From Thiobacillaceae bacterium (GTDB lineage: Bacteria; Pseudomonadota; Gammaproteobacteria; Burkholderiales; Thiobacillaceae): DNA of 64,000 nt. The notes beneath the pieces were generated by a model that was not told the origin of the DNA, searched no databases, and worked only from the letters and a program-made list of their open reading frames with translations. The first letter of the stretch is position 1; each line of letters begins with the position of its first letter. The DNA is taken from assembly GCA_040080135.1 (NCBI GenBank), contig JBEBIZ010000006.1, positions 16,829-80,828 of the forward strand. The letters are read 5' to 3'. This document shows, in pieces, positions 10,114 to 18,884 of this stretch. The position numbers and the translations under genes were made by a program.

Positions 10114-10178
10114 GATCGATTGACTAAATTATTTTTTTAACGTCGGCTGAAACAGTGGAGCGCTGAAAAGCGGCGCAG

Positions 10179-10628
10179 TTATTCCCACTTCCTCTCGCGG
10201 CCATCCTCGATAACTTCGATCAGGTCAGATGTGACATCTCGTATATTTCGTACTAAGTCGCTATCAGGAGCTTGAGCCGAAAAATCACTTGGGTCTGCAT
10301 TATTGCGCGTTATGCTTTGACGAAGCAGGATTAAACTCCGATTAGGAATTTCTAGTTCTGTCAGTGGTGCTCGTTGAAGTTGGCGGATCAGTCGTACGAC
10401 GCTCTGTCGCAAGTCAGTCGCATTTCTACTGTCGTGTTCCTGCGCGACATGGAAATTTATTGCTAAGCGTTCTAACTCACGCAGCTCAATGCAAACTTTA
10501 TGAGTGGCCTCCCGCTTTTCCTTGCGGCGCTCTTGCCTGAGGGTGGTTTTGTGAACGACAAACCAGCCCAAGAATATCAAGCCCCAACTTACCGCATTGG
10601 TCCAACCGTCACTGCATACTTCGGACAT
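10179..10628 (-). CDS. Hypothetical single-pass membrane protein
   Basis: 149 aa. An N-terminal hydrophobic helix (AVSWGLIFLGWFVV) is followed by a basic stretch (RQERRKEKR). It starts 2 bp after the upstream stop. Confidence 0.7.
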   Translation of the reverse strand: MSEVCSDGWTNAVSWGLIFLGWFVVHKTTLRQERRKEKREATHKVCIELRELERLAINFHVAQEHDSRNATDLRQSVVRLIRQLQRAPLTELEIPNRSLILLRQSITRNNADPSDFSAQAPDSDLVRNIRDVTSDLIEVIEDGRERKWE

Positions 10629-10630
10629 CC

Positions 10631-10963
10631 CTAGTGGGAACCTGCACTAGATTGGCTAGAAATATATTCTTTAATTTCCTGGACAAGAGTGGGGTCATCG
10701 CTCTGCAATTGCAACCGCTCTAGCAGAGTTTGCGGATCAAATCCTTCGCGCACCAGTCCGCCGAACGCCTCCTCGAGAAAAGAAGATGCCAAACCACGTG
10801 CGCCGTCGAGTTCAATGCATACAGCCCCGTTGCTGCGGTTAAGCGCCGGCACCAAAAGTTTTTCGCGGAAAGCCTGACCGCTATAGGGACCGTCCGCTAA
10901 ATAGCGACCGGCCGGGTAGCGGCCGAAATCTTTTGCAATGCTGATCACAATTTGTTGCTCCAT
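10631..10963 (-). CDS. STAS-like domain protein (DUF4325 type)
   Basis: 110 aa with DF...GR...GPYSG..FR and ELDG..G.ASSFLEEAFGGL, the DUF4325 signature. Confidence 0.8.
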   Translation of the reverse strand: MEQQIVISIAKDFGRYPAGRYLADGPYSGQAFREKLLVPALNRSNGAVCIELDGARGLASSFLEEAFGGLVREGFDPQTLLERLQLQSDDPTLVQEIKEYISSQSSAGSH

Positions 10964-10966
10964 TTA

Positions 10967-12028
10967 TCAAACCTCGCTCACGAGCGACGCTTCTTGCAGA
11001 GGTACGTCCCAATATATCAATGTACCCATAAGGCTATCCCGATAATTGTCTAAACTCGCTGTACCTTCTTTTGAACGATAGTATCCCCGGTTGCTGGATA
11101 CAATAGCCGTGCCGTGATGAACCTTCTCAACTACGTCGATGATATTACCCAGACCATGGCCTCGACCTGGCAGACCGGTCTGACTACGGCCTTCATTGAT
11201 GGCCTCCCTGATGCAGTTCGCATCATTGACGGGGAGTCCAAACTTTTCCATCTGTTTGATTAGCCAGGGTCGTTTGATCGGAAGAGTCGCTGGGATGCCA
11301 ATTCCGAGGTCGCAAAACACTACGCTTAGGTGGCCGTCTTTTTTCTGGGAAAACATCCACCAGTCACGCATATCAGTGTAGTTCAGCCCGTCGTCACGGG
11401 CACCATCATAGGCGTGATGGACGGCATTAGCCATAGCCTCCGCCAGTCCGCCTAGCAGCCCATCCACGAGAGGGGTAGCCAACTGACCCTCAAATGCTTC
11501 GATCACGGGAGCACAGATAGTGTTATCAACCAAGTGACCGCGTGCTACGCGCCAATGGACAACATCATGCCGTGTTGGTGTGCCATGTGACCGATGGCTG
11601 CACAGGTTGTAGACTCCGATCTGTTCCAAAACTTGGCTGGCGCGGTCATTGGCCGGTGCCGTACAGCGGACTTTAACGGAGTTATGGCGATATTCGATCA
11701 GGCGGGTGAGTTCCGCATAAAGCAGTAACGTTCCGCTAGCGACAAATTGTTTTGTCCTTGAGAAGTCAATCAAAAGGGTGCGATCTGGTGTATCGCGAAA
11801 ATGCTCCCGCAGTGCGGCCAGGAATGTTGCCAATTCGCTGCGCCGTCCGTGATTGTAGGCATCAATCGCCTGTGGGGCATAGATGCGCAGTGCAGGAAGG
11901 TGGTTTGGGTCATGCAGCTTCTGTCTTTTGTGACTACGTCGAGCGCGTGTTAATTTGGCGAGCGTTCGTACAAGCCGGTTAAGCTTACGCTTATGACGTT
12001 CGCGGTCGTCGCTCGATAGATATTTCAT
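10967..12028 (-). CDS. STAS-like domain fused to a GHKL (RsbW/SpoIIAB-like) ATPase/kinase
   Basis: STAS-like LLIDFS....FVASG (res 85-99), N-box EAMANAVHHAY, G1 DLGIGIP, G2 GRGHGL and G3 GT. The N-terminal arm is very basic. Confidence 0.75.
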   Translation of the reverse strand: MKYLSSDDRERHKRKLNRLVRTLAKLTRARRSHKRQKLHDPNHLPALRIYAPQAIDAYNHGRRSELATFLAALREHFRDTPDRTLLIDFSRTKQFVASGTLLLYAELTRLIEYRHNSVKVRCTAPANDRASQVLEQIGVYNLCSHRSHGTPTRHDVVHWRVARGHLVDNTICAPVIEAFEGQLATPLVDGLLGGLAEAMANAVHHAYDGARDDGLNYTDMRDWWMFSQKKDGHLSVVFCDLGIGIPATLPIKRPWLIKQMEKFGLPVNDANCIREAINEGRSQTGLPGRGHGLGNIIDVVEKVHHGTAIVSSNRGYYRSKEGTASLDNYRDSLMGTLIYWDVPLQEASLVSEV

Positions 12029-12165
12029 GGCTTACTTACGGAAAATCCAGGGTGTCAGGCTCGGAATAAGAAGAATGCGCTATAAGCATTCTAACGCTTG
12101 AAACCTGGTGGCGTCCGTTACGGAAGGCCGCTGCCTTCTGTTCACGGACATTCAAAGAGCAAACT

Positions 12166-12198
12166 ACGACTGGCTGAAATGGGTCGACAAGAGCCATC
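12166..12198 (+). repeat. Degenerate direct repeat, right flank copy C
   Basis: ACGACTGGCTGAAATGGGTCGACAAGAGCCATC is similar to copies A and B in the same orientation. Confidence 0.5.
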
Positions 12199-12202
12199 AA
12201 AA

Positions 12203-12508
12203 TCAAGCCGCTGCCCGCTCAGACCACGGAATGATTTTTTGCAGCGCACTGCCGGTTTCAACCTCTGCTTTTTCCATGTCGTAATGCGATTGCAGGTTGA
12301 GCCAGGATTGCGCATCGGTTCCAAAGAAGCGCGCCAGCCGCAATGCGGTATCGGCGGTGATGGCGCGCTTGCCGTGAGCAATCTCATTGATTCGGCGCGG
12401 TGATACGCCGATTTCAACTGCGAGTCGGTATTGACTTACGCCTAACGGCTTGAGCCATTCTTCCAGCAGGATTTCGCCGGGGGTGACCAGTTCCAATTTT
12501 TTCATCAT
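12203..12508 (-). CDS. higA: HigA family antitoxin (HTH-XRE)
   Basis: PGEILLEEWLKPLGVSQYRLA..IGVS..RINEI..GKR.IT..TALRL..FFGT...WLNLQ. Confidence 0.9.
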   Translation of the reverse strand: MMKKLELVTPGEILLEEWLKPLGVSQYRLAVEIGVSPRRINEIAHGKRAITADTALRLARFFGTDAQSWLNLQSHYDMEKAEVETGSALQKIIPWSERAAA

Positions 12509-12517
12509 CGTCGCCTT

Positions 12518-12796
12518 TCAGTGGTAATCCACAATTTCGACATTCATCGCCGAGCCGTCGCGCCATTCAAAACACAGGCGCCATTGATCGTTGATGCGAA
12601 TGCTCCATTGTCCTTTACGGTTGCCCTTCAGCGCTTCCAGCCGGTTTTGCGGCGGAACCCGCAAAAACATGAGGCTATTTGCGGCATGCAATTGCTTCAG
12701 TTTGCGCCGCGCGACCTGTTCGATGTTAACGAAACGCGCTATGCGTTTGTTTTCGAACAGCGCCCGCGTGTCTTTGCATCGGAACGATTCAATCAT
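12518..12796 (-). CDS. higB: HigB (RelE/ParE superfamily) toxin
   Basis: MIESF, NRLEALKG.R.GQWSIRINDQWRLCF and C-terminal VDYH. Toxin-first gene order. Confidence 0.9.
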   Translation of the reverse strand: MIESFRCKDTRALFENKRIARFVNIEQVARRKLKQLHAANSLMFLRVPPQNRLEALKGNRKGQWSIRINDQWRLCFEWRDGSAMNVEIVDYH

Positions 12797-12805
12797 GATC
12801 TATGT

Positions 12806-12820
12806 TAACGGGTGACGTTA
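12806..12820. promoter_or_regulatory. Putative HigA operator
   Basis: Palindrome TAACG-GGTGA-CGTTA located 10 bp upstream of the higB ATG. Confidence 0.5.
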
Positions 12821-12991
12821 TGAGTGGCAAGTGGCTTATCGAAATGTGTGTTCTCGTAGCCCAACCGAACCATGAATGCAGAAGTACTGCCGATAAAAAT
12901 CACTCCACTTACCCTTGGTGCGATGACGGATTTATTTTGCTTGGCGACCTTTTATATATAAGCTTTGCCTTATTGAATAAGCGAGAGTGTC

Positions 12992-13354
12992 ATGAACGAG
13001 CGCAACGAACGTAAAACCATCCCCATCCAGGACATCAACGAAGCCAGTAATTGCTCCAGCGCCGAGCCGTATGCGCTGATGGTGCTGGGGGATTCGATGT
13101 TGCCGGAGTTTGAGGAGGGCGAAATCATTGTGGTCGAGCCGTCCGGGCTGGTGAAGAGCGGCTCGTATGTGGTGGCGTTTGTGAATGAGGAATATATCTT
13201 CCGCCAGGTGGTGCAGCATGAAGACGGCTGGATGTTGAAGCCGTTGAATCCGATTTATCCTAATTTGCCGATTGACGATCTGGAGCCGTGCAAAGGCGTG
13301 GTTATCATGAAAAAGCTGCCGGGCAAACGCAGCGAGCAGAAACGCTACATTTAA
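12992..13354 (+). CDS. Stand-alone S24 family peptidase-like protein
   Basis: ALMVLGDSMLP.F..GEI.VV and LKPLNP. No HTH domain. The general-base Lys position reads YIFRQ. Confidence 0.75.
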   Translation: MNERNERKTIPIQDINEASNCSSAEPYALMVLGDSMLPEFEEGEIIVVEPSGLVKSGSYVVAFVNEEYIFRQVVQHEDGWMLKPLNPIYPNLPIDDLEPCKGVVIMKKLPGKRSEQKRYI

Positions 13355-13377
13355 CCCGGGGCTTCATCACGGGCGGC

Positions 13378-13842
13378 TTACATACCGCCACGGCCTTTGA
13401 GGTTGGATGATTTGATCATGACGACCATGTCATCAAGATTCGCTTCAGCCCGATCCGCACCTGATTTGGCAGCCTTGCTGACGATTTCCGGCATCTTGGC
13501 AATCATTTTCTTGCCGGTGGGCGTGTCGTAAAACGCAGCGATGTCTTCCATCTCTTTTTTGGAGAAAGTCTGGCTAACCATCGTGGTCAGTTCAGGTTTC
13601 AGGCTGTTGTAACTCATGTACTTGCCATAAAACTTGGTCATAACATCCTTGTAGGGGCTCAGCTCCATTTTCTGTTTGAGCTGGGCATCCACCCGCTGCT
13701 CGATGGCCGAGTCCAGGGACTTTTCCATGCCCAGCGAAACGACGAGTTTTTCAGCCACGGCGGCGTTGATGTCGTCGGCCAATGCGGTTCCACATGCACC
13801 TATCATCATGACAATGCTGGCGATGGCAGTTCTTGTTTTCAT
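13378..13842 (-). CDS. DUF2059-like exported protein
   Basis: Signal peptide MKTRTAIASIVMMIGACGTALA and motif FS.KEM.DI.AFY.TPTGKK. The ORF-track upstream extension is unlikely to be real. Confidence 0.7.
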   Translation of the reverse strand: MKTRTAIASIVMMIGACGTALADDINAAVAEKLVVSLGMEKSLDSAIEQRVDAQLKQKMELSPYKDVMTKFYGKYMSYNSLKPELTTMVSQTFSKKEMEDIAAFYDTPTGKKMIAKMPEIVSKAAKSGADRAEANLDDMVVMIKSSNLKGRGGM

Positions 13843-14001
13843 GCTTGTTCCTTGAGTTGAGATTGATTGTTTATGAGCGGATGGGCGTAGGATACCGAAA
13901 ATTGTGCGTCTGCGCGTAGCCAAGGTGATGCAGGCGCGCGCTTATGGAAACTCATTGAGTTTTCTTTCTTTGCCCAGTCCATACACCCAGGCCTTAAAAG
14001 T

Positions 14002-15054
14002 ATGTCGATAGAAACACCGCCTTCCCACGTACGCCGCAAACGATACCGCAACACGCACCCCCGCAAGTTCGAAGAAAAATACAAGGAACTGAATCCGCAA
14101 AAGTTTGCTGCTGATGTAGAAAAGGTGATTGCCCGCGGTCAGACCCCGGCTGGGATGCATCGTTCGATTTGTGTAGATGAAATTCTCGCGATTCTGAATC
14201 CCCAGCCCGGTGAAACCGGCCTGGATGCGACGCTGGGTTTTGGCGGCCACACTCGGGCGATTTTGCCCCGGCTTTTGCCTGGCGGCAGGTTGTTTGCCGT
14301 GGATGTGGATTCGATTGAGCTGCCGCGCACAATGGCGCGCTTGCGCGGGCAGGGGTTTTCGGAGGCGGAGCTGGTCATCCACAAAATGAATTTTGCCGGC
14401 ATCGCGCAACTGCTGCCGGAAGCGGGCGGCGGGTTTGACTGCATCCTCGCCGATCTTGGCGTGTCGTCAATGCAGCTTGATGATCCTGCGCGCGGCTTTT
14501 CCTACAAAAACGATGGCCCGCTCGACCTGCGCTTAAACCCTATGCGCGGGATGTCTGCAACAGCGTTGTTGCAGTCGATTACGGCTCAGGCATTGGCCGA
14601 ATTGCTGACCAAGAATGCGGATGAACCCCATGCCGAGTTGATTGCGCAGGCAATAAAAACAAGTGCGTCACCGATTACGACCACCCGGCAACTGGCCGAG
14701 CTTGTGCGCGCCGCGCTCAATGGGCTTCAGGAAACGGCGACGCATAAAAAAACCCTGGCACGTACTTTTCAGGCATTGCGTATCGCCGTCAACGATGAGT
14801 TCGGCGTGCTGGATCGCTTTTTAGAAGTGCTGCCCTGGTGTATGAAACCCGGTGCGCGGGTGGCGGTTATGGCTTTTCATTCCGGCGAGGACCGGCGTGT
14901 CGAGCAATCATTTGAAAAGTTTCTCCGCTCGGGAATGTATTCGAGCGTTGCCCCCGGCCCGCTGCGGCCATCGCCCGAAGAGCAGAGAAGCAATCCGCGC
15001 TCAACGTCCACAAAATTGCGCTGGGCAATCCGCTCGGCGCTTCAGGCATCGTGA
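14002..15054 (+). CDS. RsmH/MraW-family methyltransferase paralogue with N-terminal extension
   Basis: [18 protein letters not shown]...RGFS....[22 protein letters not shown] and NPRS. It has a basic N-terminal extension of about 50 aa and lies outside the mraZ-ftsL context. Confidence 0.85.
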   Translation: MSIETPPSHVRRKRYRNTHPRKFEEKYKELNPQKFAADVEKVIARGQTPAGMHRSICVDEILAILNPQPGETGLDATLGFGGHTRAILPRLLPGGRLFAVDVDSIELPRTMARLRGQGFSEAELVIHKMNFAGIAQLLPEAGGGFDCILADLGVSSMQLDDPARGFSYKNDGPLDLRLNPMRGMSATALLQSITAQALAELLTKNADEPHAELIAQAIKTSASPITTTRQLAELVRAALNGLQETATHKKTLARTFQALRIAVNDEFGVLDRFLEVLPWCMKPGARVAVMAFHSGEDRRVEQSFEKFLRSGMYSSVAPGPLRPSPEEQRSNPRSTSTKLRWAIRSALQAS

Positions 15055-16001
15055 CAGCCAGCACTACGGGTGCTCATCCGCCCGTTATTTTTATCATGGG
15101 GCCGACTGCTTCGGGCAAGACCGGGCTTGCGGTGAGTCTGGTACAAGCCTTGCCGCTTGAAATCATCAGTGTCGATTCCGCGCTGGTCTATCGCGGCATG
15201 GATATCGGCACGGCCAAACCAGATGCGGCCACGCTGGCGCTGGCGCCGCATCATTTGCTGAATATTCGCGAGCCGACCGAGGCGTATTCGGCGGCGGCGT
15301 TTTGTGCGGATGCGCTCGACTTGATGCGGGACATCACCGCGCGCGGCAAGGTGCCGCTGCTGGTGGGCGGCACGATGCTGTATTTTCGTGCCTTGCTGCA
15401 GGGTCTCGACGATCTGCCGCAAGCCGATCCCGAGGTTCGGGCTGCGATTGAGCGGGAGGCGGCAGCACAGGGCTGGCCTGCGCTCCATGCCCAATTGGCG
15501 CAATGTGACCCGCCGACAGCGGCGCGTCTCGAACCAACCGACGCGCAGCGTATTCAGCGTGCGCTGGAAGTCTTTCGCCTGAGCGGCCAAACCATGTCAT
15601 CGCTGATGACGCAGACGCAATCAGTCTTGCCGTATCGCGTGTTGCAACTAGCGCTGATTCCATCCGACCGTAGCGTGTTGCATCAGCGTATTGCTGCGCG
15701 GTTTGATGCTATGTTGTCCGCCGGTTTGCTGGATGAAGTCGCCGCGCTGCGCCGCGAGCATGCTTTGCATCCGCACATGACGGCGATGCGCTGCGTGGGG
15801 TATCGGCAGGCCTGGGAATATCTCGATGGCCAGATTGATATGAATAGCTTGCGCGAAAAGGGCATCGCGGCCACCCGGCAATTGGCCAAGCGCCAGCTTA
15901 CCTGGTTGCGTTCGTGGCCGGAGGCGGTTGAACTGGATTGTCTGGCGGACGATCTGGAAGTGCAAGGTCTGGCCAGGGTGCAGCGTCACCTGGAGCGGTA
16001 G
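15051..16001 (+). CDS. miaA: tRNA dimethylallyltransferase
   Basis: [34 protein letters not shown] and [14 protein letters not shown] start overlaps the upstream stop. Confidence 0.95.
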   Translation: MTASTTGAHPPVIFIMGPTASGKTGLAVSLVQALPLEIISVDSALVYRGMDIGTAKPDAATLALAPHHLLNIREPTEAYSAAAFCADALDLMRDITARGKVPLLVGGTMLYFRALLQGLDDLPQADPEVRAAIEREAAAQGWPALHAQLAQCDPPTAARLEPTDAQRIQRALEVFRLSGQTMSSLMTQTQSVLPYRVLQLALIPSDRSVLHQRIAARFDAMLSAGLLDEVAALRREHALHPHMTAMRCVGYRQAWEYLDGQIDMNSLREKGIAATRQLAKRQLTWLRSWPEAVELDCLADDLEVQGLARVQRHLER

Positions 16002-16004
16002 CAG

Positions 16005-17450
16005 TCAATCCGTAGTGGTGGATTTGACGATGCTCTGCGCACTGCCGCGATGGAAGCGCAAGGTCAGCGAGTCGCCTGGCTTGAGTGTGGCTGCATCCCG
16101 CACAATTTTCCCGACGTCACTTTCGACCAGACCATAGCCACGCGCCAGCACGCCCTCCGGATTGAGGTGGGCGAGGTTGCTGGCGAGCCGGTCGAGGTGT
16201 TGGTGGCGTTGCACCAAACTATCCTGCGGCGCGCGGCGAAGCCGGATCTGCGCGTTGGCCAGCTTTTGCTGCTGATGACCCAGTTGCGTGGAGAGCAGGG
16301 GCAGACGCATGCCAAGCAATCGCACGCGTGACATTTTTCTGTCGTGCAGCGTGTGCATCGCGTGCTTCATGCGCTTGGCCTGCTGCGCGAGACCTTCGTG
16401 CTGGCGGCGGAGCTGGTCGGCAGGGTGGATCAAACTTCGAGACAGATAATCCAGGCGCTGCATCTGGGTATTGCAGATGCGTGCCATGCTGCGGGTAAGC
16501 AGGGTCTGGTGCTGTTGCAGGGCCTGGCGCAAGTCACGCCGTTCCGGGCTGGCAAGCTCGGCTGCTGCGGTGGGTGTGGGTGCGCGCACGTCGGCGGCAA
16601 AATCGGCCAGCGTAAAGTCGGTTTCATGCCCCACGCCGCTCACCACGGGCATCGGGCTGGCAGCGATGGCACGGGCGACGGCTTCGTCGTTGAACGCCCA
16701 TAAATCCTCCAGCGCACCGCCGCCCCGACACACCAGTAGCACATCGCATTCTGCGCGCTGCCCCGCGAGACGAATCGCAGCGGCGATCTGTGCGCCTGCT
16801 TCATTGCCTTGCACCGGCGTGGGGTAGAGGATCACGGGCAAGCCCGGCATACGTCGCGCCAGCGCGGTCAGCACATCGTGCAAGGCTGCGGCCTGCGGCG
16901 AGGTCACAATGCCGAGGCGGCGTGGGAATAACGGCAGGGCGCGTTTTTTTGCGGGGTCAAACAGGCCTTCCGTTTCGAGCTTGGCCTTGAGTTTGAGAAA
17001 GGCCTCGTACAAGCGTCCGGCACCCGCGCGGCGCATGGTTTCGACCCCCATCTGGAATTCGCCGCGCGCTTCATACAGCGAAGGCAAAGCGCGAATTTCA
17101 ACATGATCGCCATTGGCCGGGGTGAAACCGGCTAACTGATTGCGACCGCGAAACATCACGCAGCGGACTTGAGCCGCAGCGTCTTTTAGTGAGAAATACC
17201 AGTGACCCGAAACCGCCGCAGTGAAATTGGATATTTCGCCTTCTACCCAAAGCAGCGGTAGCTGTGATTCCAGTGCGCGCCGAGCCATGCGGTTAAGCTC
17301 GCTGACGGTGAGTACGGGCGGCTCGTTGGGTACGTTTTTTTGTGTCAGGGACGGCGAATCAGGTGCTTGGCTGGATGGTGGATTGACATGCTTTTCAGGC
17401 GTGACCGGGTCAAAATTCAAGGCCGTTTGCGGCGTGCGTGTGGGCTTCAT
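16005..17450 (-). CDS. xseA: Exodeoxyribonuclease VII large subunit
   Basis: VEGEISN....SGH.YFSLKD, RGGG..EDLW.FNDE and VGHETDFT..DF.AD.RAPTPT. The Pro/Ser-rich N-terminus makes the start uncertain. Confidence 0.93.
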   Translation of the reverse strand: MKPTRTPQTALNFDPVTPEKHVNPPSSQAPDSPSLTQKNVPNEPPVLTVSELNRMARRALESQLPLLWVEGEISNFTAAVSGHWYFSLKDAAAQVRCVMFRGRNQLAGFTPANGDHVEIRALPSLYEARGEFQMGVETMRRAGAGRLYEAFLKLKAKLETEGLFDPAKKRALPLFPRRLGIVTSPQAAALHDVLTALARRMPGLPVILYPTPVQGNEAGAQIAAAIRLAGQRAECDVLLVCRGGGALEDLWAFNDEAVARAIAASPMPVVSGVGHETDFTLADFAADVRAPTPTAAAELASPERRDLRQALQQHQTLLTRSMARICNTQMQRLDYLSRSLIHPADQLRRQHEGLAQQAKRMKHAMHTLHDRKMSRVRLLGMRLPLLSTQLGHQQQKLANAQIRLRRAPQDSLVQRHQHLDRLASNLAHLNPEGVLARGYGLVESDVGKIVRDAATLKPGDSLTLRFHRGSAQSIVKSTTTD

Positions 17451-17537
17451 GGCGTGCAGCATAGCGGTTTTAATCCACCGTCAATGTATTTATTTTGTGA
17501 CAAGATGACATTAGCCCTTGACGAAAACGTTTATTGG

Positions 17538-17667
17538 TAAGCATCTGATTTTAATAAATTTTATTAAACGGTTATTTTTTGTGCCAAATAAAAACCTCTT
17601 TATTTACGACGGCTTAGCGGTCAGGATCGGGGATTCACACAGAGTTATCCACAACATCTGTGGAGAA
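17538..17667. promoter_or_regulatory. IHF-consensus site, AT-rich palindrome and paired DnaA boxes
   Basis: AATCAGATGCTTA on the minus strand (17550-17538) fits WATCAR-N4-TTR. TTTAATAAA-T-TTTATTAAA at 17550-17568. TTATCCACA at 17645-17653 and an inverted one-mismatch box TGTGGAGAA at 17659-17667. Confidence 0.55.
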
Positions 17668-17784
17668 CTCAACAGTCCCCGGTTGGTCTTGCAGCGTGGC
17701 GCGGCCCGATTAGAAAATCATTCGTAGAGAACGCTTGCGGAAACGGGCAGGAGAGCGCTACATTTCGGCTCTTGAAAGTTTTAT

Positions 17785-18405
17785 ATGGAGTTGTTCCCTG
17801 TGCTTGCTCTTATCGAAGCTGCTGGCTGGCCGATCTGGCCGCTGATCTTGGCATCCATCCTTGCCGTTGCCGTCATTATCGAACGCGCGTATTCACTGCG
17901 AATCCGGGAGGTCGCGCCGTCTGACTTGCTGGCTGCGACGGTCAAAGATTTTCAGAGCCGTGGCGTCACCCCGGATTTGTTAAATAAACTGAATGACAAT
18001 TCTCTGCTGGGCCGTATTTTTTCTACCGGACTTAAAAACGCGCACAACACGCGTGAGGTGATGAAGGAATCGATAGAGGAAGCGGGCCGCGCCGTGACGC
18101 ATGACCTTGAACGTTTTTTGACTACGCTGGGCACTATCGCCAGCATCGCCCCCTTGCTTGGGCTGCTCGGCACCGTCATTGGTATGGTTGAGATTTTCGG
18201 TTCGCAAACCCCGTCGGGTGGTAATCCTGGCGTGCTTGCGCACGGTATCTCGGTCGCGCTGTACAACACGGCGTTCGGCCTGATTGTGGCGATCCCATCG
18301 ATGATTTTCTATCGTTTCTATCGTTCCAAGGTCGATACGCTGGTGGTGGAGATGGAGCAGCAGGCGATCAAGCTGGTCGAGATTGTTCACGGCGACCGTA
18401 AATAG
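17785..18405 (+). CDS. exbB: MotA/TolQ/ExbB proton channel protein
   Basis: LGTIASIAPLLGLLGTV.GM, GI..AL..TA.GL.VAIP. Confidence 0.88.
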   Translation: MELFPVLALIEAAGWPIWPLILASILAVAVIIERAYSLRIREVAPSDLLAATVKDFQSRGVTPDLLNKLNDNSLLGRIFSTGLKNAHNTREVMKESIEEAGRAVTHDLERFLTTLGTIASIAPLLGLLGTVIGMVEIFGSQTPSGGNPGVLAHGISVALYNTAFGLIVAIPSMIFYRFYRSKVDTLVVEMEQQAIKLVEIVHGDRK

Positions 18406-18414
18406 GACTTGCAC

Positions 18415-18831
18415 ATGAATTTCCAGCGTGGGCAAAAACGGGACGATCCGGAAATCAATCTGATTCCGCTGATTGACGTGCTCTTGGTGATCCTGATTTT
18501 TTTGATGGTGACCACCACTTACGCGCGTTTCGCCGAACTGAAAATCAATCTGCCGACCAGCGGGGCTGAGCAGACACCGAACAAGCCCAAGCAGATCGAG
18601 GTGGCGGTGGATGCGAGTGGCACGTATCAGATCAATGCAACGGCACTCGCTACGGGTTCGGTGGACACGCTGGCCGAGGCCCTGAAACGCGCCGCCGGGC
18701 AGGATGCGGATCAGGTCGTGGTCATTAATGCCGACGCGAAGGCGACGCATCAGTCTGTCATCAACGTGATGGAAGCCGCGCGCCGCGTCGGTATCTCCCG
18801 CATTACCTTCGCCACGCAAACCGCTCAATAA
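18415..18831 (+). CDS. exbD: ExbD/TolR family protein
   Basis: EINLIPLIDVLLVILIFLMV and I.AD....HQ.VI.VM. Confidence 0.88.
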   Translation: MNFQRGQKRDDPEINLIPLIDVLLVILIFLMVTTTYARFAELKINLPTSGAEQTPNKPKQIEVAVDASGTYQINATALATGSVDTLAEALKRAAGQDADQVVVINADAKATHQSVINVMEAARRVGISRITFATQTAQ

Positions 18832-18884
18832 ATCCGGGTTCAATCACTCTAAGCTCAATCAATCTAGTCGGTGGCGTTGCCACA

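Noticed and set aside
10135-10184. attC-like TAAC...GTTA box after the membrane-protein gene
   Set aside because: Only about 50 bp, and the inner arms are direct repeats (GCTGAAA x2) rather than complementary, so no L-box stem forms. No integrase in the window.
12089-12121. attC-like end (TCAAGCGTTAGA on the minus strand)
   Set aside because: The TAAC-GTTA span is only 29 bp, too short for an attC.
12203-13354. Prophage remnant (HTH-XRE plus S24 peptidase)
   Set aside because: The HTH gene is a HigA paired with HigB. No phage structural, replication or integrase genes are present.
17463-17784. Possible oriC
   Set aside because: Only two convincing DnaA boxes and no dnaA/gidA/rpmH context. 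Kept only as a regulatory candidate.
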